Assembly (NCBI GenBank): GCA_031400975.1
Contig: JANNQX010000269.1
Coordinates: 10,687-74,686, forward strand
Reading direction: 5' to 3'
Length of the DNA stretch: 64,000 nucleotides
DNA from: Gemmatimonadota bacterium
GTDB lineage: Bacteria; Gemmatimonadota; Gemmatimonadetes; Gemmatimonadales; GWC2-71-9
Shown here: one piece after another, positions 24,200 to 33,121 of the stretch
Layout of the letters: each line of letters starts with the position of its first letter
Numbering within the stretch: position 1 is the first letter of the stretch
Notes under the pieces: generated by a model
Databases searched by the model: none
What the model saw: only the letters and a program-made list of their open reading frames with translations
Told to the model about the DNA's origin: nothing
Program-made: the position numbers and the translations under genes

Positions 24200-25279
24200 A
24201 TGACCAACATACGCCGCTCCGGACCTCAGGCCCGTCCCGCCGCCCCCCGGTCGCCCGAGCTTGAGGGCCTTCAGGCGCCGCTCCGGCTCGGCATCATCGG
24301 GGCTGGCGCCATCGTCCAAGTCGCCCACCTACCGGTCCTTCGAAAGACCAAAGCGGTCGAATTGGTCGCGCTGTGCGACTCTGACCTGGTGAAAGCCCGG
24401 GCGCTCGCGGAACGGACCAGCATTCCCAACGTCTACGATGACTTCGAGGACCTGCTGCAGCACGAACGGCTCGAGGCCGTGTTGATCGCCACGCCGAATC
24501 ATCTCCACGAGTCTCACATCGTCGCGGCGCTGATGGCCGGGCTCCATGTTCTAGTCGAAAAGCCGCTGGCCCTGTCTTCTGCCGGCGCTCAGAAGATTCT
24601 CCGAATGGCTGAAAAGCGAAACCGGGTGGTGATGGTTGGAATGACTCACCGGTATCGGCCCGACGTCATGGCGGTCCGCAGCTTCGTGCAGGCCGGCGAA
24701 CTGGGCGAGATCACCAGTGTGCGAGCGAGCTGGCACCTGGCCCGCCCGGCCCGGGCACCACTCGGCTGGCGGGAAAAGCGGTCGGAGTCCGGGGGGGGAG
24801 CGATGCTCGACCTCGGCCTCACGATGGTTGACCTCGGCCTGTGGCTCGCCGGCAACCCAGTGCCAATCCGGGTCAGTGCCAGCCTGAGTCGCCCGAGCGG
24901 GGAGCGGTCGGTGGAGCAATCGGGAAGCGCGCTGGTGGTCTGCGAGAATGGGGCGGCGATCTTTGTTGATGTGACCTGGCGGCATATCGGGGAGGGGGAG
25001 CGGTTCGGGGCTGGTCTCCGGGGCTCAAAGGGAACCGCCGGGGTCAACCCCCTGCATGTCTGGAAGGAGATCCACGGCATGGCCCATGATGTCTCGCCGA
25101 CCGGCTCCTTTAGCCGGGAGACTGCTTTTGCCGCCTCGTTCCGGGCTCAGTGGGCGCACTTCCTGGCGGCGGCGGGGGGGCGAGTCGCGATGCCTTCACT
25201 CGATGAGCAAGTCCAAGTTCTGAAGGTGATCGAGGCGATTTACAAGTCTGACGCCGACGGGCGCGACGTCCTGCTTTGA
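24200..25279 (+). CDS. Gfo/Idh/MocA family oxidoreductase
   Basis: Trimmed to ATG 24200. Rossmann LRLGIIGAGAIVQVAHLPVL and LIATPNHLHESHIVAALMAGLHVLVEKPLA. Confidence 0.85.
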   Translation: MTNIRRSGPQARPAAPRSPELEGLQAPLRLGIIGAGAIVQVAHLPVLRKTKAVELVALCDSDLVKARALAERTSIPNVYDDFEDLLQHERLEAVLIATPNHLHESHIVAALMAGLHVLVEKPLALSSAGAQKILRMAEKRNRVVMVGMTHRYRPDVMAVRSFVQAGELGEITSVRASWHLARPARAPLGWREKRSESGGGAMLDLGLTMVDLGLWLAGNPVPIRVSASLSRPSGERSVEQSGSALVVCENGAAIFVDVTWRHIGEGERFGAGLRGSKGTAGVNPLHVWKEIHGMAHDVSPTGSFSRETAFAASFRAQWAHFLAAAGGRVAMPSLDEQVQVLKVIEAIYKSDADGRDVLL

Positions 25280-26517
25280 TTCAGTTCCTTGCGGCTTTGG
25301 TGCTCGCCACTGGGACCCGGCAAGCCCCAATCGCCGCTCCGGTCGCCGGTGACGAGCTCACCGTGTATCTGCTTACGTTCGACCCCGGTGGCCTGGTCTG
25401 GGAGCGGTTTGGGCACAACGCTTTGTGGATACGTGACAAACTCTCTGGGACGGATTGGGCCTACGACTACGGCCGGTTCACTTTCGGTTCCACCCCCGGC
25501 GATGTGCTGCGATTTGCCGGCCGGTTTGCGGCGGCTGACATGCGCTATTCCATGGGCGAAGCGGACGCCCTCCGAACCCTCGCGGCCTATCGGCAGGCCG
25601 GCCGATCGATTTGGGCGCAGGAACTCGACTTGCCACCGGGGGCGCGAATAGCCCTTCGAGACTTTCTGGTCTGGAACGCAAAAGAAGAGAACAAGCACTA
25701 CCAGTACCACTACTACCTCGACAACTGCTCCACCCGGCTCCGCGATGCCGTAGACCGGGTCGTCGGCGGTCAACTCAAGGCCTGGGCCCAGTCCATCGCC
25801 ACGCCGTGGACCTACCGGGATCAGACTCGTCGGACCACTGAAAACAGCCCGACGACCTACACCCTGCTGATGCTCGGGCTCGGCCAGCCGGTCGACCGGC
25901 CCCTGACCGCCTGGGAGGAGATGTTCCTTCCGATTTCGCTCCGACCGTATCTGAACCAACTTCAGGTCGTTGATCCCGATGGACGGCGGCATCCGATCGT
26001 TAAGGAGGAGCGCCATCTCGTTGAGAATTCCCTCTACTCGGTCCAGGACCGGCCGTCGCCGTGGACCCTCCGTTACTTACTGGTGGGCGTTGGGGTTGGC
26101 GGGATGCTTCTTGGGCTTGGCCGGTGGGGCCGCCGGTCACTTGGCGGGCGGTGGGGGTTTGGTGCGGCCGCCGTGGCGTGGACCGTACTGGCGGGGCTTG
26201 GCGGTGTCGTGTTGGCGGCGCTGTGGGCCTTCAGCGCCCATCGGTTCAGCTACTGGAACGAGAACCTGCTCCAACTCAATCTTGGCGCCATCGCTCTGGC
26301 GTTCGTGCTTCCCGGGGCGATTTGGCGGAATCGGTCTCGCTATCGCCAAGGGGTTCGGCTCGCCGCGGTGGTGGCGGCGATTTCTGCGGCAGGGCTTTTG
26401 TTCAAAGTGATTCCCGGAATGGACCAGGCCAATTTCGACATGATTGCGCTGATCCTTCCGATTCATCTCGGAGTCTGGCTCGGGCTCGGCGCCCTTGGCG
26501 CCGGGCCATCCTCGTAG
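25276..26517 (+). CDS. DUF4105 (Lnb N-terminal periplasmic domain) protein with C-terminal multi-TM region
   Basis: TTG 25276 overlaps the upstream stop. LTVYLLTFDPGGLVWERFGHNALWIRD...WAYDYGRFTFG matches the DUF4105 signature. Four to five C-terminal TM helices. Confidence 0.65.
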   Translation: MIQFLAALVLATGTRQAPIAAPVAGDELTVYLLTFDPGGLVWERFGHNALWIRDKLSGTDWAYDYGRFTFGSTPGDVLRFAGRFAAADMRYSMGEADALRTLAAYRQAGRSIWAQELDLPPGARIALRDFLVWNAKEENKHYQYHYYLDNCSTRLRDAVDRVVGGQLKAWAQSIATPWTYRDQTRRTTENSPTTYTLLMLGLGQPVDRPLTAWEEMFLPISLRPYLNQLQVVDPDGRRHPIVKEERHLVENSLYSVQDRPSPWTLRYLLVGVGVGGMLLGLGRWGRRSLGGRWGFGAAAVAWTVLAGLGGVVLAALWAFSAHRFSYWNENLLQLNLGAIALAFVLPGAIWRNRSRYRQGVRLAAVVAAISAAGLLFKVIPGMDQANFDMIALILPIHLGVWLGLGALGAGPSS

Positions 26518-26518
26518 G

Positions 26519-27214
26519 TCAGGTCCCCCGCAACCGTTTCAGTCCGTCCCGGGCTTCGGCGTATTCGGGGAACGCTTTGATCGCTTGATCGTAGAATTCA
26601 ATGGCGCGTTGTTTCTCGCCCTTGTCTTGATAGAGCAAGGCTCGGCTATAGAGCGCCAGGGCGTCGGTCGGCACGTTGCGGGCCTTGGCGGCCTGCGCTT
26701 GAGCCGCCGGCAGCGGCGGGAGCTTAGCGCCCTCGATGACCCGTTCGCCCACGGACTGAATAATCCGGAACATTTGCTTTCGGTCGGTGAGCTTGGGGTC
26801 GCTCTTGACGACCTTGATGATCTCACTGGTTTCGACATCGATGATTCGGGCATCGATTCGGAAGTCGCCATAGAGGTCGATGAACGTTCCGGCGATCATG
26901 TAGCGCGCCCCAACCAGCTTGCCGAGTTTGGCGGCAGTCTGTGCGTCGACGCTGTTGGCGGCCGCGAGTCCCTGCTCATCGAGTAGTTTGCGAATTTGCT
27001 CCCGATCGACCAGTCGAATCGCGGGGCTCTGGGACAATTCCGACATCAACATCCCGGCAATGCCTTTGCGGAGTGCCTCGAAGTCTTCCTTATCCTTGCC
27101 ATAGCTCCCGCCATTTTCGAACGGCAGGACGGCAACGCCCGGCCTCGAGTCTTGCGCTCGGGCAGCTCCGGCCGCCAGCGTTGCAATCAGTACAGCCTGG
27201 GTGATCCGTCGCAT
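26519..27214 (-). CDS. periplasmic CsgG/LpoB-like domain protein with C-terminal TPR
   Basis: Signal peptide MRRITQAVLIATLAAGAARAQ, then GVAVLPFENGG...LVDREQIRKLLDEQGL...ARYMIAGTF...IDARIIDVETSEI (CsgG/TolB-N-like pattern), and a TPR tail ALALYSRALLYQDKGEKQRAIEFYDQAIKAFPEYAEA. Confidence 0.6.
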   Translation of the reverse strand: MRRITQAVLIATLAAGAARAQDSRPGVAVLPFENGGSYGKDKEDFEALRKGIAGMLMSELSQSPAIRLVDREQIRKLLDEQGLAAANSVDAQTAAKLGKLVGARYMIAGTFIDLYGDFRIDARIIDVETSEIIKVVKSDPKLTDRKQMFRIIQSVGERVIEGAKLPPLPAAQAQAAKARNVPTDALALYSRALLYQDKGEKQRAIEFYDQAIKAFPEYAEARDGLKRLRGT

Positions 27215-27229
27215 GGTTCCATCCTTAGA

Positions 27230-28084
27230 TTAGCAACCGAGGGTCAGGCCCTCGGCCGCGACTACCATCTCGAGAGCGCCCCCAAGGCGGTCTCGGCACA
27301 GCGTTGCTTCGGCGACCAATCGATCGACGGCCGCGTCGTCGTGGTCAGGGTCGTGGTGGAACAGTACCAGTCGCCGGACCCCAGCTTCAAGTGCCAGCGT
27401 CGTGGCCTGTACGGCGCTCGAATGCCCCCAGCCAGATCTTGAGGCCAGCTCAGCCTCGAAATACATCGAATCATGGATGAGCGTGTCAGTGCCCTGCAAG
27501 AACCGTACGAGATTGGCCCGAATGTCGGTCGCGATCGGCCCAGCTAACTCGTTGTCAGTCATGTAGCTAAAGGACTGCCCGCCAGCCGCCGATCGAATCG
27601 AAAATCCGAGTGCCCCTCCGGGGTGACAGAGTGGGACAGTCCGGACCTCGAAGCCAGGCAGCGTGAGCTCCGAAGAGGCGATTTCCTCCACTTCGAGCGC
27701 CGATCCGATGGCTGAGAACGGAACCGGGAAGACCGCCGGCGCCATCTGGCCTCGAAGCGTGGCCGCCAACGACGCCTCGGATGATCGGGGCCCGAGAATT
27801 CGAATCGAGTTGCCGGCGGCGTACAGCGGGCGGAAAAATGGGAGGCCTTGGATATGGTCCCAGTGGGTATGGGACAGCAGCACGTTCAGCTCGTGCGCGT
27901 GGGCCGATTCCCGGGCGATTCGTTGGCCCAGGGCCCGAATCCCCGAGCCGGCATCGAGGACCAGGCGATGGCCGTTTTGGTCGTCCACCGACACACACGC
28001 AGTGTTCCCGCCATATCGAATCGTGCTCGGTCCTGGCGTCGGGATCGAGCCTCGGGTCCCCCAAAAGGCGATCGACAGCGTCAC
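27230..28084 (-). CDS. MBL-fold metallo-hydrolase (class-II phosphodiesterase/PhnP-like)
   Basis: FWGTRGSIPTPG...GGNTACV...LDAGSG and the H-x-H-x-D-H motif in LLSHTHWDHIQGLPFF. Ends LVLFHHDPDHDD. Confidence 0.8.
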   Translation of the reverse strand: MTLSIAFWGTRGSIPTPGPSTIRYGGNTACVSVDDQNGHRLVLDAGSGIRALGQRIARESAHAHELNVLLSHTHWDHIQGLPFFRPLYAAGNSIRILGPRSSEASLAATLRGQMAPAVFPVPFSAIGSALEVEEIASSELTLPGFEVRTVPLCHPGGALGFSIRSAAGGQSFSYMTDNELAGPIATDIRANLVRFLQGTDTLIHDSMYFEAELASRSGWGHSSAVQATTLALEAGVRRLVLFHHDPDHDDAAVDRLVAEATLCRDRLGGALEMVVAAEGLTLGC

Positions 28085-28085
28085 G

Positions 28086-28763
28086 TCACCCCCGCTGCGC
28101 TGCCGTTCGGAGTTGGGCGGAGTCGAGCAAGACGATCTCGCGTCGGTTCATGGCGATCGCCCCCTGGATCGTTAGGCTGCGCATGGTTCGAGAAACGGTT
28201 TCTCGGCTGGCGCCGACCATTTGGGCGATGGTGGCGTGGGTCAACTTTCGGGTAATCTTGGAGCCCCCTTCCTCCCGTGCCAGTTCGAGCAGGAGGTGAG
28301 CGATCCGGCCGTTCACATCGAGCAAGGCCAGGCTGGCGATGGTCTCGTCAGCGCGGCGGAGGCGCCGGGAGAGTTCTCGCATCAGGGCGATCGCGAGGTC
28401 GGGCGAGGCCCTGAGACGGGCGCGAAAATCGTCTCGGCGGAGTTGCCAGAGGCTGGCGTCGGTCATGGCGATGACGTGAGCCGAGCGGGGTTCATCGTCG
28501 AGCAAGGCCATTTCGCCGAAGAACCCTCCCGCCGAGAGGACCGACAGGATGACTTCCCGACCGTCCTCGGCGAAAACCGCGACCTTGACCTGTCCGTCGG
28601 CAATCAGGAACAGGGTGTCGCCGGGGTCACCTTGGGCCACGATGACCGTACTCTTGCCGAAGACTCGCTCACGCAGAAGTCCGGCCAAGGCTTGGAGTTC
28701 GTCGTCGCCAAGGAGGCGGAACAGCGGGATGGCCTGGAGGAACTCGGAGGTCGGTGCAGCCAT
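28086..28763 (-). CDS. Crp/Fnr family cyclic-nucleotide-binding transcriptional regulator
   Basis: Trimmed to ATG 28763. cNMP pocket FFGEMALLDDEPRSAHVIA and a C-terminal HTH (THATIAQMVGASRETVSRTMRSL). Confidence 0.9.
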   Translation of the reverse strand: MAAPTSEFLQAIPLFRLLGDDELQALAGLLRERVFGKSTVIVAQGDPGDTLFLIADGQVKVAVFAEDGREVILSVLSAGGFFGEMALLDDEPRSAHVIAMTDASLWQLRRDDFRARLRASPDLAIALMRELSRRLRRADETIASLALLDVNGRIAHLLLELAREEGGSKITRKLTHATIAQMVGASRETVSRTMRSLTIQGAIAMNRREIVLLDSAQLRTAAQRG

Positions 28764-28835
28764 CCGTCCAGCATAGAGGATGGCCGGGTGGCCCGCAAGC
28801 CGATTTCGACTGCTCTCAGGCGACTCGACGTTCTT

Positions 28836-28851
28836 TGTGACCCAGGTCACG
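28836..28851. promoter_or_regulatory. CRP/FNR-type binding site TGTGACCCAGGTCACG
   Basis: Matches TGTGA-N6-TCACA at 9 of 10 positions, with an inner perfect inverted repeat GTGAC-N4-GTCAC. It lies in the divergent intergenic region between the crp-family gene and 28886. An extra GTCAC half-site sits at 28857-28861. Confidence 0.6.
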
Positions 28852-28885
28852 AAAGGGTCACGGCCTGCCTTATCTTGGGCGGAGA

Positions 28886-29341
28886 ATGAAACGCCTCCTC
28901 CGGTTAGGTGCGCTGCTGTTGGGAACCGCCACCTCGACGGTGGTCGGGCAGGCCTCTGCCGAGGGCGCACTCGGCCAGGTCAGGGTTGGATCGCGCCTTA
29001 AGGTGGGGGTGCCCGGTGCGGTCTGGGTCGGCACCTACCAATCGTTCGGATCGGGGGAGGTCGTCCTGGCAAGGGACTCGTTGGTCGAGCGCCTCCGGCT
29101 CGACCAGGTTTCCGGGCTTTGGGTTCGTGGTCGAGCGACGAAGACCGGGGCGATTGTCGGAGCTCTGGCCGGTATGGTCGCGGGTGGCTTCGTCGGCCTC
29201 GTCGTCGCAGGCGTCTGCGAGGTTGACTGTCCGAGCCAAGCGACCGGGATGATTTTTGGCGGCGGAGTAGGGGCCGCCTCCGGCCTCGGGTTCGGAGCGA
29301 TTGTCGGCGCGGCCATTCCGCGGTGGCGACGGATTTTTTGA
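28886..29341 (+). CDS. hypothetical secreted/membrane protein with glycine-zipper C-terminus
   Basis: Signal peptide MKRLLRLGALLLGTATSTVVGQASA. C-terminal Gly-rich hydrophobic segments (GAIVGALAGMVAGGFVGLVVAG; GMIFGGGVGAASGLGFGAIVGAAI). Confidence 0.55.
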   Translation: MKRLLRLGALLLGTATSTVVGQASAEGALGQVRVGSRLKVGVPGAVWVGTYQSFGSGEVVLARDSLVERLRLDQVSGLWVRGRATKTGAIVGALAGMVAGGFVGLVVAGVCEVDCPSQATGMIFGGGVGAASGLGFGAIVGAAIPRWRRIF

Positions 29342-29883
29342 TCAGACTCCCGGGAGCCTGGCGATTCGCTCTGCTGATCGCTCTCTGGCCGGGGACCCCG
29401 GCCCGAGCACAGGTGGTCGGCGCCGCTTCGCTCGGGCCGTTGGTTGGAGTCCAAGTCATTGGCCCGGTACGGAAGCCGGTTTTTGGGGGCCTCGGCGGCC
29501 TTGGATTCGTGACCGGGCGGTGGTTCTTCGGCCCAGAACTCGGTTTGGCCTGGGGTGCTCAAACTCGAATCCGAGTCCTTGGACTGGTTGGCCGGGTCTC
29601 TGCCTCGGGGGAGCGGTTTCGGCCGTTTCTCGTTGCCGGAGCCGGCAGCTATGCCTGGAATAGCCGATCCGACTATGTCCTGCCGGGCGGATCGGTTGTG
29701 GCGCAGTGGAGCGGCGTCACCTTTCTGTCCGGGAGCGTCGGCGGGGGCGCGGAACTGGGCGGGCGCGGCGGCCGGACGGCGACGTTTGAGGTCCGCTATC
29801 ATGGGGTGCTTCAACGAACCGGCTACCCGCCGGTGAGCCGGGGCCTGGTGACCGCGGGCGTCGGGCTCCGGTTTCAATGGTAG
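29323..29883 (+). CDS. putative small outer-membrane beta-barrel protein
   Basis: Signal peptide (LIRLPGAWRFALLIALWPGTPARAQ), alternating Gly/aromatic beta-strand pattern, and a terminal VGLRFQW aromatic signature. Alternative TTG start at 29338 overlaps the upstream stop (TTGA). Confidence 0.5.
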   Translation: MATDFLIRLPGAWRFALLIALWPGTPARAQVVGAASLGPLVGVQVIGPVRKPVFGGLGGLGFVTGRWFFGPELGLAWGAQTRIRVLGLVGRVSASGERFRPFLVAGAGSYAWNSRSDYVLPGGSVVAQWSGVTFLSGSVGGGAELGGRGGRTATFEVRYHGVLQRTGYPPVSRGLVTAGVGLRFQW

Positions 29884-29895
29884 GGAAGTGGCCCC

Positions 29896-29924
29896 TTGCT
29901 CCCGACCGTCGAGGCCGCTACAAT
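29896..29924 (+). promoter_or_regulatory. sigma-70-type promoter upstream of rpmE-prfA operon
   Basis: TTGCTC 29896-29901, 17-nt spacer, TACAAT 29919-29924. It lies about 64 nt upstream of the rpmE GTG. Confidence 0.5.
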
Positions 29925-29987
29925 TCTGGGCTTTCCGGGAAGGGACAAGTTCTTTCCGGGTAACGGTTTAGCCGCAGGAGTAGCGAC

Positions 29988-30212
29988 GTGAAGCCGAATC
30001 TGCACCCGATCTACAATACGATCATGACGAAGTGCGCCTGCGGGAATACCTTCGAGACCCGCTCCACTTCAGCCGCGATCAGCGTTGAAGTGTGTTCCGT
30101 TTGCCATCCCTACTATACGGGGAATCAGCGGCTCCTCGATACCGCCGGCCGGGTTGACCGGTTCCGCCGCAAGTACGGAACCGCGGAGGCCGCGCCAGCC
30201 GCGAAGGAGTAA
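29988..30212 (+). CDS. rpmE: 50S ribosomal protein L31 (Zn-ribbon type)
   Basis: MKPNLHPIYNTIMTKCACGNTFETRST...VCSVCHPYYTGNQRLLDTAGRVDRFRRKY. AGGAG RBS. Confidence 0.95.
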   Translation: MKPNLHPIYNTIMTKCACGNTFETRSTSAAISVEVCSVCHPYYTGNQRLLDTAGRVDRFRRKYGTAEAAPAAKE

Positions 30213-30215
30213 AGC

Positions 30216-31274
30216 GTGGAGGCCAAACTCCGCCAGGCGCTTGAGCGGGCGGAGGAGGTTGAGCGCGAGTTGTCCGAACCGGACCTCGCGAAAGACCCGG
30301 CCCGCATGACAGCCCTTGGGCGCGAGCATTCTCGGCTCGCGCCCATTGTGCGTCTGGGCAAACGATATCTCCAGTTGGACGATGAGCGACATCAGGCCCA
30401 CGAGCTCATCGGGGCAGATGATCCCGAGTTGTCGGCGTTGGCGTATGCCGATGCGGATCGGCTTCGAGGCGAGTTGTCACTGCTCGAAGCCCAGCTTGAA
30501 GATCTCCTGGTGCCCCCCGACCCGCTGGAAGACCGGAATGCGATTCTCGAAATTCGGGCCGGAACCGGAGGGGACGAGGCGGCGCTGTTTGCGGCGGACC
30601 TCCTCCGGATGTACACCCGATTCGCCGAGCGAAACGGGCTTCGGGTGGAGCCGATGTCGGTCAGTGACGGGACGTTAGGCGGAATCCGGGAAGCGATCGC
30701 CGTCGTCAAGGGCTCCCAGGCTTTCGGGTTGTTGCGGCGGGAGTCCGGGGTCCATCGGGTTCAGCGAGTGCCCGCGACGGAAACGCAGGGACGGATCCAC
30801 ACGTCGGCCGCCACGGTGGCGGTGCTTCCCGAAGCGGAGGAGGTCGACGTCAAGATCGATCCGCAGGATCTCCGGATTGACGTTTTTCGATCGTCGGGGC
30901 CGGGCGGGCAGAGCGTCAACACCACCGATAGCGCGGTCCGAATCACCCACCTGCCATCGGGGCTGGTGGTCTCGCAACAGGACCAAAAATCCCAGCTTCA
31001 GAACAAGCTCAAGGGTATGGAAGTGCTCCGGGCCCGGCTCCTCGACAAGACGATTTCGGAGCAAGAGTCGGCCCGAGCGAGAGACCGGAAAGCCATGGTT
31101 GGGACCGGCGACCGGTCCGGGAAGATTCGAACGTACAACTATCCCCAAAGTCGAGTCACCGACCATCGGATTAACTTGTCGGTGCACAATCTCGCTGATG
31201 TCATGGATGGCCGCCTTGACGAATTAGTGAAGGCGCTCCGACTGGCCAGCCGTAAGGAAGCGGCTGATGGCTGA
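30216..31274 (+). CDS. prfA: peptide chain release factor 1
   Basis: PxT-type decoding region ([17 protein letters not shown]) and GGQ motif ([24 protein letters not shown]). Confidence 0.96.
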   Translation: MEAKLRQALERAEEVERELSEPDLAKDPARMTALGREHSRLAPIVRLGKRYLQLDDERHQAHELIGADDPELSALAYADADRLRGELSLLEAQLEDLLVPPDPLEDRNAILEIRAGTGGDEAALFAADLLRMYTRFAERNGLRVEPMSVSDGTLGGIREAIAVVKGSQAFGLLRRESGVHRVQRVPATETQGRIHTSAATVAVLPEAEEVDVKIDPQDLRIDVFRSSGPGGQSVNTTDSAVRITHLPSGLVVSQQDQKSQLQNKLKGMEVLRARLLDKTISEQESARARDRKAMVGTGDRSGKIRTYNYPQSRVTDHRINLSVHNLADVMDGRLDELVKALRLASRKEAADG

Positions 31275-32133
31275 GTTGACGGTGGAGCGGCGGTTGACGA
31301 TCCAGGGCGCGCTGGATGCGGCCACCGCGACGCTGGCGGCCGCGGGCATCGATCGGCCGCGGTGGGAAGCGACTCGTTTGCTCGCGGATCTATTGGATCT
31401 CACGCCTGGTGAGGTGATGTTGGAGCGGAACGCCGTTCTCGAACCGGATCGGCGGCGGTGGATCGACCGAAACGTCCAACGTCGGGCGCTCGGTGAGCCG
31501 CTGGCGTATGTGTCCGGGGTGGCGGGTTTTCGGACCTTGGAGCTGCGATCGGATTCGCGGGCGCTGATTCCCCGCCCGGAAACCGAGGGGATTGTCGAGC
31601 GCGCGCTCGCGCTGGTGCCCGAGGGATTGGCGGTTGATGTCGGTACCGGGACCGGCTGTCTGGCGCTCTCGCTCCGGGCGGAGGGACGATATCGACGCGT
31701 CGTGGCGGTCGACATCGCCCGAGGGGCCTTGGCCTTGGCGGAACAGAACCGGAGGCGGCTCAGGTTGGACATTGACCTCGTCCTCGGCGATCTCACGACC
31801 TCGCTGGCATCCGGCTCGGCCGACGTGGTTGTCTCGAATCCGCCCTACGTCTCTGAGGCGGAGTACGCTCTGTTACCGCCCGAGGTTCGGAGCTACGAGC
31901 CTCGGCTCGCATTGGCGAGCGGCCCCGACGGCCTCGATGCGTCCCGGCGGTTGCTCGATGATGGTCGCCGAGTGCTTCGGCCCGGCGGGTGGATGGTGTT
32001 GGAGTTGGCTTCTTCGAGGGGCGACATAGTTGCAGGGTTAGCGTCTGACCTCGGCTGGCGCGATCTCCGCGTCGATGAGGATCTCTTTGGGCGGCCGCGC
32101 TACTTGGTGGCGCGGCGGGAGGCAGGAGCATGA
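31267..32133 (+). CDS. prmC: release factor glutamine N5-methyltransferase
   Basis: 8-nt overlap with prfA. SAM motif [14 protein letters not shown] and catalytic VVSNPPYV. Confidence 0.92.
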   Translation: MAELTVERRLTIQGALDAATATLAAAGIDRPRWEATRLLADLLDLTPGEVMLERNAVLEPDRRRWIDRNVQRRALGEPLAYVSGVAGFRTLELRSDSRALIPRPETEGIVERALALVPEGLAVDVGTGTGCLALSLRAEGRYRRVVAVDIARGALALAEQNRRRLRLDIDLVLGDLTTSLASGSADVVVSNPPYVSEAEYALLPPEVRSYEPRLALASGPDGLDASRRLLDDGRRVLRPGGWMVLELASSRGDIVAGLASDLGWRDLRVDEDLFGRPRYLVARREAGA

Positions 32134-32483
32134 TTGACGAACGATCGACAGACCTAGGCCGCCTGATCGGCCAATCGAACGAGTATCAGGCCATGCGACG
32201 GGCTGAGACGGCATTGAAGAACGATCCGGCGACCGTCGCGATGCTCGATAGCATTCAGACGCTGGCCCGGAAGATCGATCAGGAAGCCGCCGGCGGCCAA
32301 ATGCCCGATGAGGCCACCACCACCGCATACGAGGACGCCGTTCGGGCGCTCGAATTGTCGGTGGTTGGACAGGCTTACGTCGTGGCGCGAGCGAACTTCG
32401 ACAAACTCATGGGCCGGGTGAATCAGCAGATCGCGGCGGGGATGGAACGGGGCGCCACGAGCAGCATCATCACGTTGGGGTGA
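32130..32483 (+). CDS. YlbF/YmcA (UPF0342/DUF964) family protein
   Basis: ATGA overlap with prmC. 117-aa all-helical sequence with the YlbF pattern (LGRLIGQSNEYQAMRRAETALKNDPATVAMLDSIQTLARKI...AYVVARANFDKLMGRVNQQI). Confidence 0.6.
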   Translation: MIDERSTDLGRLIGQSNEYQAMRRAETALKNDPATVAMLDSIQTLARKIDQEAAGGQMPDEATTTAYEDAVRALELSVVGQAYVVARANFDKLMGRVNQQIAAGMERGATSSIITLG

Positions 32484-33121
32484 TGACCGGTTTCTTTCTA
32501 GTGCTCGAAGGGCCGGAAGGCGCCGGGAAAACGACGCTTGCCCACGAGCTTGGCCGGCGAATGCAGACCTTCGGCCTCGATCCACTCATCGTGAGGGAGC
32601 CTGGCGGGACGCCGGCAGCCGAGGCGTTGCGCCAGGAATTGCTCCACGATGTGCGAGCCTGGACCCCGGAGGCCGAGCTGTTGTACATGTGCACGGCTCG
32701 GGCCGACCTGGTGGCGAAGCTGATTCGTCCAGCGCTCGACGCGGGTCGGGTCGTGCTCTCGGATCGGTTCGACCTTTCGACCCGAGTGTATCAAGGGGCC
32801 GGCCGTGGCGTCCCCGAGTCCCAGGTTGACTGGGTCAACCGGGCCGCCACCGGCGGCTTGGTGCCCGACCTGACGGTGGTACTCGATGTGCCTCCGGAAG
32901 TCGGTGAGGCTCGGCAAGTGCAACAGGGTAAGCTTCGGGATCGGCTCGATCGCGAGACCGTGGAATTCCATCGCCGGGTTCGGGCCGCTTATCGCCAAGC
33001 GGCCGGCCCAGGTGTCGTCCACCAGGATGCGACGGTGGCGCCGGCGGCGCTGGTGACGGCGGTGTGGACGTTGCTGGGAACGGCGCGACCGGATCTCTTT
33101 GGCCAAGAACGGGCATCGTAA
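32480..33121 (+). CDS. tmk: dTMP (thymidylate) kinase
   Basis: P-loop FFLVLEGPEGAGKTT, then VREPGGT and the DRF...S..YQG motif (SDRFDLSTRVYQGAGRG). Confidence 0.93.
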   Translation: MMTGFFLVLEGPEGAGKTTLAHELGRRMQTFGLDPLIVREPGGTPAAEALRQELLHDVRAWTPEAELLYMCTARADLVAKLIRPALDAGRVVLSDRFDLSTRVYQGAGRGVPESQVDWVNRAATGGLVPDLTVVLDVPPEVGEARQVQQGKLRDRLDRETVEFHRRVRAAYRQAAGPGVVHQDATVAPAALVTAVWTLLGTARPDLFGQERAS

